A DNA stretch of 64,000 bases from Albugo candida (Eukaryota): contig JBDOQK010000048.1 in the NCBI GenBank assembly GCA_040437565.1, positions 124,001 through 188,000 on the forward strand. Direction: 5' to 3'. A program made the position numbers and the translations under genes. The first letter of the stretch is position 1, and each line of letters opens with the position of its first letter. Positions 1 to 11,500 of this stretch are shown here, one piece after another. The notes under the pieces are model-generated. The model was not told the origin of the DNA and made no database searches. It was given only the letters and a program-made list of their open reading frames with translations.

Positions 1-180
1 CTTCGTCAAAGCACTGGTGGAAAAGCGTTCCCCCAATGTGTTTTTGACCACTACCAGGTCGTTCCTGGAGACCCATTGGATGTAAGTACGATGGCTGGTA
101 AACTTGTTCAAGGCGTACGCACGAGGAAGGGACTGAGCGCGGACGTTCCGCCATTGGATCGATACTATGACCGCTTATAG
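1..180 (+). CDS. EEF2: Elongation factor 2, C-terminal end (partial)
   Basis: Frame 1 reads LRQSTGGKAFPQCVFDHYQVVPGDPLD...RTRKGL...PPLDRYYDRL*, matching the eEF2 C-terminus (GGQAFPQCVFDHW...RKRKGL...DKL). Confidence 0.93.
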   Translation, partial: LRQSTGGKAFPQCVFDHYQVVPGDPLDVSTMAGKLVQGVRTRKGLSADVPPLDRYYDRL

Positions 181-333
181 GTTTATACAGTCCCTACCAC
201 CGACACCAAGTGTTCTCATTGATTGCAGGCTCATTGTGTTAGGATCAATAAAACCCGACACTTTTTCTCTAAATTTTGTTAGGAATCATGTACCGGTATA
301 CTGCCACACGGTACACTGTACCATCTCGCAGAC

Positions 334-2763
334 ATGAGCTCTCCGCATGCAAATGCATCGCTTTGTAGCGAAACGCGCGCACTTGTCACCGCCTCTACAA
401 GCACGCAAACTGAGATTTCTTCAGAGGAAGTGGCAATGCTTCCTCTCCCGGGTATGAACGTCCCAAATTCCATCAGTTTCAGTCCCGATGGACAGATTGT
501 AGCGTACTTGCAGTCGAATGAAACTGAGCTGACAAATAATCTGTACGGCGTCCACGTTCCTTCCCGCTCGAAAAGCGACTCGTTCGAAGGCCCTTTACTA
601 CTCGCAACGCCGCCAAATAGCGGCAATACGGAAGTGAATTTGTCGCTTGAGGAACGATTGCGTCGTGAACGACAGCGGCAATTGGGCGTTGGTATCACTT
701 CGTATATGTGGTCTCCTACCTCCCTGCGGTCGACACAGAGGCTCTTATACCCTCTACAGGGCGATTTATACATCCAGGAAGACGTTGGATCGGAACTTGT
801 GCTCTTATTCGATCGATTATCGACGGGAGTCGCCGGGGGAGCGATTGATCCTCAGTTTTCCCCTGATGGAAAGTACATCGCATTTGTGCAAGATCGTGAA
901 ATATATGTGATCCCTAGCACGTATCAAGACCAGACGACACCGGTGAAGGCTGTTCAAGTCACAGAAGGCGCTGGAAAACGACCTGGAGTCTCCAATGGAT
1001 TGGCATGCTTTTTGACCCAGGAAGAATTATCGCGATACCGTGGATTTTGGTGGTCACCTGATAGCACACATATCGCTTTTGAGCAAGTCGATGAGTCTGG
1101 AATCGATGAGTATCGCATCATGCATCTGGGCGATCCCACATTGGGTCGAGATGCACAGGAAGATCATCGTTATCCCTTTGCAGGAACAATGAATCCTCGA
1201 CGTCGTCTGGGGATCGTTCGGGTCCCTATCGACCAACAAGACATCAATGAGCCAGTTTGGATGCGTTTTGAGACTGTCGATCAGTCCGAGGAGGATTTTT
1301 ACATCAGTCGAGTGAATTGGCTGCCCGATCAATCGCTCGGAGTACAGCGACTGAATCGCTCTCAGACAGAGATAACGTTTATTCGCTTTGACACCAGTAC
1401 TGGGGAAGGTATCGTTCTTCTACAGGAACGCAGTTCTGTCTGGGTGAATGTCCATTATTTGTATCGAGGGCTGGAAAGTCATAAACAGAGCGGATTTCGT
1501 TTCGTTTGGGGATCCGAACGAACAGAATATATGCATTTGTACTTGTACGAATACAATGCTGACTCAATGAAGACCGAGTTTCTGGGCGCTTTAACACGGG
1601 GAGAATGGAATGTCGAGTCGATCGAAGGGATCAATTCGTCTCAAGACAAAGTCTTCTTTTCCGGTACCTTGGAATCTCCTTTGGAACGACATTTGTACGC
1701 GACTTCTCTGACCCCATTTCCGACTACCGACAATGACGAACAGAGTCCCGTGCGTCTGACCAAAGAGCAAGGAATGCATACTATCGTGATGGATCGATTC
1801 TGTCGAGCGTATGTGGATCTGTACAGTTCACTGGAAGCTCCACCTGTAGCGTATCTCGTTCGAATTCCCCAGGACGCCCACGTACTCGACCATGACGCTC
1901 TGCTTTGTATCCTCGCCGAATCTCGGTTCCCGCTCCACGATAAAGTTGAAAGTCGAGTGACAACGCTACAATGTGCTCATAAATTGCCTCCACCACGCAT
2001 CCTCTCCTTTCCTACCAGCGATGGTCAAGAGATTCTGTATGGTGCAGTTTACCTGCCAGATGCACAGATACATGGATCTGGGCCGTATCCAACGCTTGTC
2101 AGTGTGTATGGAGGACCTCACGTGCAGCGTGTGGCGCATGCGTGGACAATGACCGTCGATATGAGAGCTCAACGATTCCGGCAATTGGGGTACGCGGTGC
2201 TCAAAGTCGATAATCGTGGAAGTTACCGGCGGGGCTTGGCATTCGAAGGAGCGATTAAAAATCGTATGGGGACCATCGAGGTTCAGGATCAGCAAGACGG
2301 TGTATCAAAACTCGTAGCGGAAGGTATCACAGATCCCCAGCGTGTTGGAATATACGGCTGGAGCTATGGAGGGTACATGTCTGCCATTTCTTTGCTGAAA
2401 GCTCCAGAGACGTATAAGCTCGCAATCGCAGGAGCTCCAGTAACGAGTTGGGATGGCTACGACACATGCTACACCGAGCGATATATGTCGACGCCCGACC
2501 TCAATCAAACAGGATATCGTCAAGCGTCCGTGATGGAATTTGTCGGTCAAATGCAACCCCACCAGAAGCTGCTTCTCATTCACGGCTTGATCGACGAAAA
2601 TGTACACTTTCGCCACACTGCTCGTCTCATCAACGCATTGATTAACGCACAAAAGCCGTACGATCTCTTGCTGTTCCCTAGCGAACGGCATTCTCCGCGT
2701 CATCTCCAAGATCGGATCTACATGGAGCATTGTATCGCCAAATACGTTTTGACTCATTTGTGA
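334..2763 (+). CDS. Dipeptidyl peptidase, family S9B (DPP IV / DPP8-9-like), intronless, 809 aa
   Basis: GWSYGGY nucleophile motif, HGLIDENVHF (Asp), SERH (His), QEE motif and WWSPD in the propeller region. No N-terminal TM seen. Confidence 0.93.
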   Translation: MSSPHANASLCSETRALVTASTSTQTEISSEEVAMLPLPGMNVPNSISFSPDGQIVAYLQSNETELTNNLYGVHVPSRSKSDSFEGPLLLATPPNSGNTEVNLSLEERLRRERQRQLGVGITSYMWSPTSLRSTQRLLYPLQGDLYIQEDVGSELVLLFDRLSTGVAGGAIDPQFSPDGKYIAFVQDREIYVIPSTYQDQTTPVKAVQVTEGAGKRPGVSNGLACFLTQEELSRYRGFWWSPDSTHIAFEQVDESGIDEYRIMHLGDPTLGRDAQEDHRYPFAGTMNPRRRLGIVRVPIDQQDINEPVWMRFETVDQSEEDFYISRVNWLPDQSLGVQRLNRSQTEITFIRFDTSTGEGIVLLQERSSVWVNVHYLYRGLESHKQSGFRFVWGSERTEYMHLYLYEYNADSMKTEFLGALTRGEWNVESIEGINSSQDKVFFSGTLESPLERHLYATSLTPFPTTDNDEQSPVRLTKEQGMHTIVMDRFCRAYVDLYSSLEAPPVAYLVRIPQDAHVLDHDALLCILAESRFPLHDKVESRVTTLQCAHKLPPPRILSFPTSDGQEILYGAVYLPDAQIHGSGPYPTLVSVYGGPHVQRVAHAWTMTVDMRAQRFRQLGYAVLKVDNRGSYRRGLAFEGAIKNRMGTIEVQDQQDGVSKLVAEGITDPQRVGIYGWSYGGYMSAISLLKAPETYKLAIAGAPVTSWDGYDTCYTERYMSTPDLNQTGYRQASVMEFVGQMQPHQKLLLIHGLIDENVHFRHTARLINALINAQKPYDLLLFPSERHSPRHLQDRIYMEHCIAKYVLTHL

Positions 2764-2927
2764 TATGGACGAATTTTGAGTGGCATCCGTCTACTTCGAT
2801 AGGAATTTGCAATCGGAAATGGTCGAACCGCACAATATATCGTTTTGGTGAATAAGGCGACTACAAAGATGCTAGAAATCATGTTTCAAGTTATTGAGGC
2901 ATCTATCGGTCCAGTACTACGACGCGT

Positions 2928-4293
2928 TTACGATGTCACCATGCTGACATCACCATCATCTTCCTGCTTCACATCAGCCACTTCAGCTGCGTCAATGTAA
3001 CACTGCAGCGATTCTCCTTCTACGATCGTAAATGCTTCTTTTGCTCCGACAAATGCCAACGCCAAATTATGAATACTGAGCTCCTACACACAGAACGAGT
3101 GAGTATAAAGTCTTTACAGAACGATCTTCCTACTTGATCGCCCTGTAGACATCCTCGAACTGCTTGAACCGCATGCTGGATTAGCTCTTCTTTGCTTACT
3201 ACAGCGACGCCATGAGATTCTGAGATCGATACACAGTGTCAATCCACACTCACAATTGTCAAATGTCGGGAAATGCTTCTCCAAATACGTCCGAGCCGAT
3301 TGGGATCGAGAACCAATTGCAATGGCTTTGTACTCGTAATAGTTCCCCGACGGACACGTCTGATACAAATGGACGCCTTTTTTCTACGCAATAGCATAAG
3401 TGTTGCTGGTACGTGTATTGGCTCGCTTACATCCGCTCCAGCGACCAGTAAACCGACGCCATACGGCCGGCGGACGTACGATTGAGTGCATTCTTGTTTT
3501 TCTAAGTCCTTTTTGGTAAAATAGAGTTATACACAAAACAAGGATTCGTACTATCGGCGACATCGGTGACGAGACGTCCAATTGGAATCTGACTTCCGTA
3601 TACAAATTTGTGGTTTAAACATTCCGTTCGCATATATCTGAAAATAAGAGCGTATGAGACTTTATATCGCTCCTTCTGATTGGGATAATGTACCGCGCCA
3701 ACGTGCGTGCGTCTGCATGCAATCCTGCCATTCCAATTCCCATGTATTCGTCGATTTTGTAGAGCTTCCTCTGATGTTGTGCTAACTTATCATTCTGACG
3801 CTTTATCCCGCATAAAACAACGTAATCATTCGAAGTGAGACCCAGGCATACAGACCCTTGCTTCACAGCTTCCATTGCATAATCTACTTGGTGTAGATGT
3901 CCCTGTGGACTCCAAACGGTCACGTCGGNNNNNNNNNNNNNNNNNNNNNNNNNNNNNNNNNNNNNNNNNNNNNNNNNNNNNNNNNNNNNNNNNNNNNNNN
4001 NNNNNNNNNNNNNNNNNNNNNNNNNNNNTAATGTACCGCGCCAACGTGCGTGCGTCTGCATGCAATCCTGCCATTCCAATTCCCATGTATTCGTCGATTT
4101 TGTAGAGCTTCCTCTGATGTTGTGCTAACTTATCATTCTGACGCTTTATCCCGCATAAAACAACGTAATCATTCGAAGTGAGACCCAGGCATACAGACCC
4201 TTGCTTCACAGCTTCCATTGCATAATCTACTTGGTGTAGATGTCCCTGTGGACTCCAAACGGTCACGTCGGTATCGTACGAATTCCGAAACAT
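2928..4293 (-). CDS. PSMA1: 20S proteasome subunit alpha-6 (alpha type-1), multi-exon, spans a gap with duplicated overlap
   Basis: [32 protein letters not shown] alpha-subunit signature. Later exon [32 protein letters not shown]. Stop at 2928-2930. Confidence 0.92.
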
Positions 4294-4370
4294 TTTGCCA
4301 ATGGAAAAAGATCGGAGGGGGATCAATACCTAAATGTATGTGGTCTACGCTACCACATCAAATAATCGAA

Positions 4371-5479
4371 ATGGTAGAAATTCAATGATACAAAATGCGT
4401 TTTAGGCTAAAGTTGCGATCCGTTGCGTAGTACATCACGCAGCAAAAAGCCAAGGATCTCGACATTATACTGATGGGAAAATACCGCTTCTCATTGGACC
4501 GACTGATGGAATTAGCGGGACTCAGTGTCGCGTGTGCAATCGAGAAAGAATTCCCAACAAGCCGGGCCGTTCGAAAATCCGACCTCAACGTTTTAGCGCT
4601 CGCCGGAAAAGGCAATAACGGGCAAGCAAAGCGACAATAAGACGTTTTATCGCTTCTCACGCTTTCATTTCGCAGAGGAGACGCACTGGTCGCTGCTCGT
4701 TACCTAAAGGTCTGAAGTTGGAAATGTGCAAAGTCCTGCAAGGTGCTAATGTCAATGTGAAGATGTTTGGGTACTCTCCGTCGATCTATCACCCGATGTT
4801 GAGCGATAATGAGCACATTCGCGTTTGTTTTGTGTCTGTACGCTGACAAACTGATGCAAAAATACGTTTTTAGAACCTCATTTCGCAATGCTCTGCATGG
4901 GGCATTCCGATGCTAAAGGAGTTGCCACAGCCGTAACATATGCGGTTTTCAACGAATTTGACGCGTACTCACTTTATTTGCGTCGATAGAGGCACAATCG
5001 ATCAAGAATTTGGCTTTATTTTGGACGGAATCTTTGGGTTTGGATTCAAAGGAGAGATTCGTCATCCATTCAATCAAATTATCGACCAAATCAAACGATG
5101 TCAATCAACTCGGATCATCTCTATCGATATCCCATCCGGATGGGAAGTGGATACTGGTGAGCTCACGTTCTCATTCCGACTCATTCATCGCCAATCGATC
5201 GGTGTAGGGAACATCAACGGCCAAGGTCTGGACCCTTACATGTTGATCTCCATGTCGGTCCCGAAATTGTGCGCGAAATTCCACGAAGAAAAACCCGATA
5301 CCGTCCACTACCTCGGAGGTCGCTTCATTCCCGAGTACGAATTCTCTCCTTTATCCACATCCACCGCTCAGCTTTCTTTCGTTAGAGAACTCAATGAACT
5401 TTGGTCGCTATCTCTTCCTCCATTTTCCGGATCCGAAGTATGCGTAAAGCTCAAGCCAATTGACTCGCACGTGATATAA
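4371..5479 (+). CDS. NAXE: NAD(P)H-hydrate epimerase (YjeF_N), multi-exon
   Basis: Spliced reading gives LMELAGLSVA, GKGNNGGDALVAARYL, DGIFGFGFKG, DIPSGW, PKLCAKF and HYLGGRF. The start codon at 4371 is inferred. Confidence 0.88.
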
Positions 5480-5586
5480 TGGCTCCATGAAAAGGATCCT
5501 ATATCGTCAAAGTAGCTCAGAATCTAATCCGATGGAATAAACACGAAAATCGATCCTTTTATTATCACATAAAAGCATCGACGAAA

Positions 5587-8500
5587 TCAACTGCGAGTTT
5601 GACTGACAACAGCCTGAGCAACAGCATAGTCTCCCGAATGGCTGATAGAGATTTTAAGCGATTCCAAGCCAATGCGTTGATACACCTCCAAAGGATACCC
5701 AGTAAGCAGCACGGAAGGCGCTCCAGAAGCTGTGAGAAAAGTCTCAATCTCACGCAAAGAAGCTCCACTTCCTTTCCATACATTCGGCTGAGAAGGAACG
5801 GCATTGGAAATAGCTTTTATCACAGCCTCTTTCGCCGCCCATCGTCCAGCGAAGCTTGCAGCTGGGTGAGGAGCGCTTTTGCAGTACGCGATCTCCTGCT
5901 CGGTGAAATTTCGACTCAGAAAATTGTCTCGATTGTCCAACGATTCAAATGTCGCAATCGGCTCCACATCAACACCAAGCCCCGTGGACCCGGAATCGAG
6001 ACCGATGCGAGAAGCTGCTTCATTAAGAGCGACAGCAATCTTTCCAGCCGAAGTACTGGCGTCCGATGTCGTCTTTGGCGCACTATTTTCAGCAATTTTA
6101 GCCTTACCAAAAACGCGACGATGAGGCTTTTGATGCGATGCTTCTTGTGCATCAAGGCTCTCTGCCGGCTCGTACCCTTCAAAACGCCATGAATGGATAT
6201 TGGAATCGTAACAAGCACGTGCAGTTGGGTCCAAATACACTTGCGATTCTTGCTCGGGTGTGTAGGGAGCAGCGTCTTTGATGTTCATATAACTCTTTTT
6301 TCCAGTGAGAGCGCGTTGTAAATGCGAATTCATTTGTGTCATTCGATGCGTTCGGGTCTCCATGTACCGTTCGACTTGGCCTTTGGAAAGAATCGACAGA
6401 AGAAGATCTGGATGCAAAAGCAGAATTTCACCTCCCGCTTGACCAAAGCCAAAGCTTTTCATCAACGCGGCTTTGATTCCATTCGTTTGGATACTGCGAT
6501 TCGGATACAACAGATAATCAAATTTTCGTAGCGATGTGCACGTATTGTCGAGACTGCGATTGCCTGGAATGATGCCGGAATTCAGCACTTGGAGTACACC
6601 ATTGAGCATCCAAGCGGCTGCAGCTCCTTTGGGATGTCCCGTGAGGTATTTCTGACAGATTACGGGAAGTGGATTACCAATCGATCGACCGAGATGACGC
6701 ATTTGCTTTTGTGTTACGTCACTCTCATTCTTATCATTGGCTTGCGTTCCCGTTCCGTGGAAGCTTACCGCTCCAATATCATCGACAGTCAAATTCCACA
6801 CACTCAATGCTCCTCGAAGCGGTGCGATATCATTACGAGATTGATAAAACTCCATTCCCCATACTTCCTGAGCCGCTTTGATCTTTCGTTCTTTCATTTG
6901 ATGGAGAAATTCGATTTGATTCGTATCGACGGAATTTAACTCTTTCGCAAACCATTGATCGATACTGAGAAGCTCCTTGTCGAATTGACGGCGTCGGACA
7001 GTAGCATCGAGAAGAGGAGATACTCTATCGGGCTCACTGCAATGAACCTCACGTGCTGTTGTCAGAATCCCTTGGCCGGGCGCTGGAACAGATCGTCCAT
7101 TCTTATCAGTGGCTGTGTTTGTGAGAGCAACAATTCCGTATATCGGACATCCCATTTCCAACGCAAGTTTTGCATCCATCAAAAGCTGAGTACCCGCTCC
7201 ATAGCTCTCCATAAAACCTCCGCGAGTACTGGAACATGGACGACACATTTCTCGAGCGTCACGACCCATTGCGATCTCATTCACTGAATCACTTGTGGCT
7301 TTCATTTGTGCGAATTCATACGCTCCTTCTTCGCCGAAATCATCGTATCCGCCGACAATCACAACACGAGCTTTACCTCGTTTGATCGTATCGACACCAG
7401 CATCGACTGATTCGGCAGCGGTTGCACACGCACCAACGGGAGTCTTAATCGGACCTGAAGAGCTCAATAAAAGCATATTCACCCATGCTGGCGGAGTATT
7501 GATAAAACATTCTTGAAGTGTGTCGCTTGGAGCCCCACGACCTAGCAATCGAAGCTGGAAAATACGACGTAAAGCACGCATACCGCCCATTCCTCCTCCC
7601 GACATGTTACCGATCTCGGAGACGTGAATGTACTGATAAAACTCGTATGGATCCACAATTCCTGCCGATATGAACGTATCCGCAGTGGATGCCAACGTGT
7701 AGAGAGTGATGGGATCCACGGAATTGGCCAAATCTTTAGGCATTCCAAGTCGTTCGATATTCCATCCCGTTGGGATCTGACCGGCGACAAATCGATCAAA
7801 TTTAAGAGCTCGTGGAATGCTCAGTACGCAGCCTTTACGCAATCGTATCATCCATGAACCACGATCGTCTTGGAAGATATCGAGATTCTCCTCTCCGATT
7901 TCATCGCGGAATAGAACGGCTTCATCGAAGGAAGCGACTTCGATAGGCGACATTTTCTTATCGATTGCGACTTGATGCAAAATGAATTTCTTCTTCGGAT
8001 CGTACCCTTCAAAAAGCTCGGGTTCCACGACACGAATGCCTGCATGCTGAAGCATGATTTCTTCATATTTCGACTTGATCAAATGATCGGGAATCATCTC
8101 ATTTGTGGTCGCATCCGCCCACGCTCCGTTCTTGTACACAATGTACCCTGTAAGCCACGCGAGTTCGATACATCCTTCCAGAGAGAATTCACCAAACGAT
8201 TCCATCTCCCAACGTGTTCGTGAATTCCCCCATGGACCCACTTCACCGAAACCAGTCACAACAATCACTTTCTCCAAATCGATCATTCCGCCCAATAAAG
8301 CTTCATTCGATGCGATTTTGACGACGTGTTTGTGATCGACTGACGGGAATGTCTCGCAGTAATAACGAGACAAATTCGCTTTTCGATCGAGGTCGTTTAC
8401 CTCAAGCAGCGTCTGAGATTGCGTTTCATTACGAGCGGCCGAGTAAATGGCTGCATTCAATTTCGATTGTTTCATAATACTGTTTCGAATATCATCGACA

Positions 8501-11500
8501 ACATCCTTGAGATTCTGAATTTGAGCCATTCCTCCGGTCAGATCGACCCAAAGTGGGCTTTCACTGGCAGCCTCGGCGATCAATGGATGTAATAACGCGC
8601 TGAGATTAAANNNNNNNNNNNNNNNNNNNNNNNNNNNNNNNNNNNNNNNNNNNNNNNNNNNNNNNNNNNNNNNNNNNNNNNNNNNNNNNNNNNNNNNNNN
8701 NNNNNNNNNNGACCCAAAGTGGGCTTTCACTGGCAGCCTCGGCGATCAATGGATGTAATAACGCGCTGAGATTAAAGCCCATTTCGACTGTGCTAAACGT
8801 ACGAACACCAAGCTTCTCAACGCCTTGCGCGACGACATTGTTACCAGACATCAATCCTGTACCTCGTGTCCACCCAATAACAGCGCCAACCACGGAGATT
8901 TGATCCGACCAAGGCTCACTCTGCCACTTATTCAGCAAACTCTCAATGCCTAATTTTGACTCGGCGTACATTCCATCACCGCCGAAATTCCCATGATTTG
9001 GAGATAAAGGAATCAAAGCAACAGCCGGTCGACTTGTGATGTTACGAGCTTGTTTCGCGCTCGCAACTTGGCCAATCAATCGGAGTGTGTTGGTGAGCAT
9101 GATACGATGTGCGAGTTCCGAACGACCATCCAAATCTGTAAGCATTCGACCTGTTTCAGGAAGAGCTGCAAATGGAATAATCACATCCAAATCGAGTTTA
9201 TGTGTGTCGTAAATGTGCTTGATCAATGCTTCCGTGTCGACTTTAGACGCCTGGTTGAATGGCATCACAATCAATCGACTTCCTCGACTTCCGTGCTCTT
9301 CGTAAATCGACTGAAAAAGTTTAGTCGTTTGAAATCCGTAGCTGCTCGTTGTCACAAACACAGTAGCACCGCCTTCCAGCAACGATTTCACGATTTCAGC
9401 ACCGATTGAATTCCTTCCACATCCGGTCACAAGAGCCACTTTGCCTACAAATGACACACCTTCTGTCGCCATTTCGTGCATGCAGCGTAACAGTGTGCAT
9501 GTCAATGCGACATCATACAATCGAATCATTGGATCCACGCTCGATGGCTTGCGTAGATGAACGTGCGGAAGTACGATCTGCTTGAGATTCTCATCGAGTC
9601 CGAATCGCAGGATCGATGACTGCTCCACCAATGTTTGTTTTCTCGCTAATGCAGCGCGATTACCGAGCGATTCACGTAGCGCCATCAATTTCTCGCCTTT
9701 ATCAATGACACGTGAGATCTGTTCGGGACTTGACATAACTTCCTCGCTTCGACCTGATGACAGCTCTGCGTCGTCGGAATGCTGACCGTCTCCATAACTG
9801 ATGAGATCGTCTTCTTCATTGACAGCTTCAAAGCCGATTGCACTCTCGAGAATCGCATTACGAACCGCGCTTTCCAGGCTCAACTTTTCAATTTCCACGG
9901 TGTACTCCAATCCTCGAGCCATTTCACGCACGTATTCGGTCGAGTCGGATACCCCGCTTCGAGGTATCTCATTGTAGACAATTTTCCCATCTTCCTGGAT
10001 CTCTACATGTGGCGCCGAGGATTCGAAAATGTGCACGTTGACAGGATCTCGTTTCATCCATTCTTGCAATTGTTCCGCAAGCAACTGAATCGCTTGCGAG
10101 TATTCGGATCGATTCTCTGATTCTGCACGCTGTTCGAAATAGCGTGTGCATTGAAGCAATTCCGGCGTCACGCGATTACACAGAAGCGGCTTGAACCATT
10201 CCAAAGGCGGTGTAGAAGTCCCTTCCATCATCGTATCGGCACGTGTATTGATCCACTTACTCATCATCATAAAGTGATTCCGCAGACTTGAGGAATTCGC
10301 AATTAAAAGAGGTGACGTTGTCGTTGCTTCATTCAGTGTGTGGTAATACAACTCGAACGCGTCTTGAAGCGCCCAGCTCCAAAAACTGTCGTACACACGC
10401 TCCTTTTTCGCATCGAATTTGCCCTGTATTCCCGCGCCATATACTTCACCGTGCTCGGACGTCCACACGGCCATGGACGATTCCACTTGTTCACGCAATG
10501 TCGCTTCCATTTCGAGCTTTCGATGCCAATCCAAATGATCTTTTCCGAGAAATTCGCTTGCAACTACACTTTGCTCTTCGATCATCGCCTTTAATTTCTT
10601 CTCAAATTCCGTCGGACCTGCCGATGCGCCCATCATCGAAGACATCATTCCATTGGGCATCGAAGCTTGCAGCTTGGAACGGTATGGAATATCGACATTC
10701 TCCCATTTTCCATAATCGTCGGTGACTTCATCAAGCCACTTTTTTGTCGCAGTGTCATTGCTAAGACGCTGTTTTGGTCGATACAGCAGCGAATGGATCA
10801 ACACGCTTTCAATGCGCCCAGGAGGAAGACATCGCTCTCTCGATAAATGCTGACGCACCGCTGTTATTCCAAATCCACCGGGAAGTCTGCTTGCATACAT
10901 TTTCGCAATCATCGCACTGCTCACTTTACCAGGCGACGAGTAATTGACAGCTTTACCAGCCAGATCGGATAATGTCATCTCACCTGCATCGTCATAACTC
11001 GACCCGAATTCATTCGCGAGATCTCCGACAACTTCGTTCTGAAGCGCGGATTTCCCTCCACACAAACTGTTGATCGATGACGATTCGAGGACTTGAGCGT
11101 AAGGCTTTTGCACTTTGACAGCGACCAGTACCCTTATGACGTGTTTTGCATGCACAGGCTGATCGCTAACGTTTGGAATTGCAGCTGCTTGCGGCATAAA
11201 AAACATCGAATTGGAAGGTCCAACCGCGTTCGCGGAAGGACGAGCTAACGAGATGCCTGCGTACGTCGCGTAATGATCCACACACGAATCCAACCACTTT
11301 TCAGCTACTTGTTCATTTTTCAATCGAGCTTTTGGAGCTTCGGTGCACGCGAATACCAACACGGTATCGACAAGACCGGGTCCAAGACCTCGTGATTCCG
11401 TGAGATAGCTGCGCACTTTTGACACGGTGAAGCCGCCCGGCATTTTATTTGTGAGCATTTGTCCGATCAGAGACGATGATACACTGCCCAGTTTCTTGTA

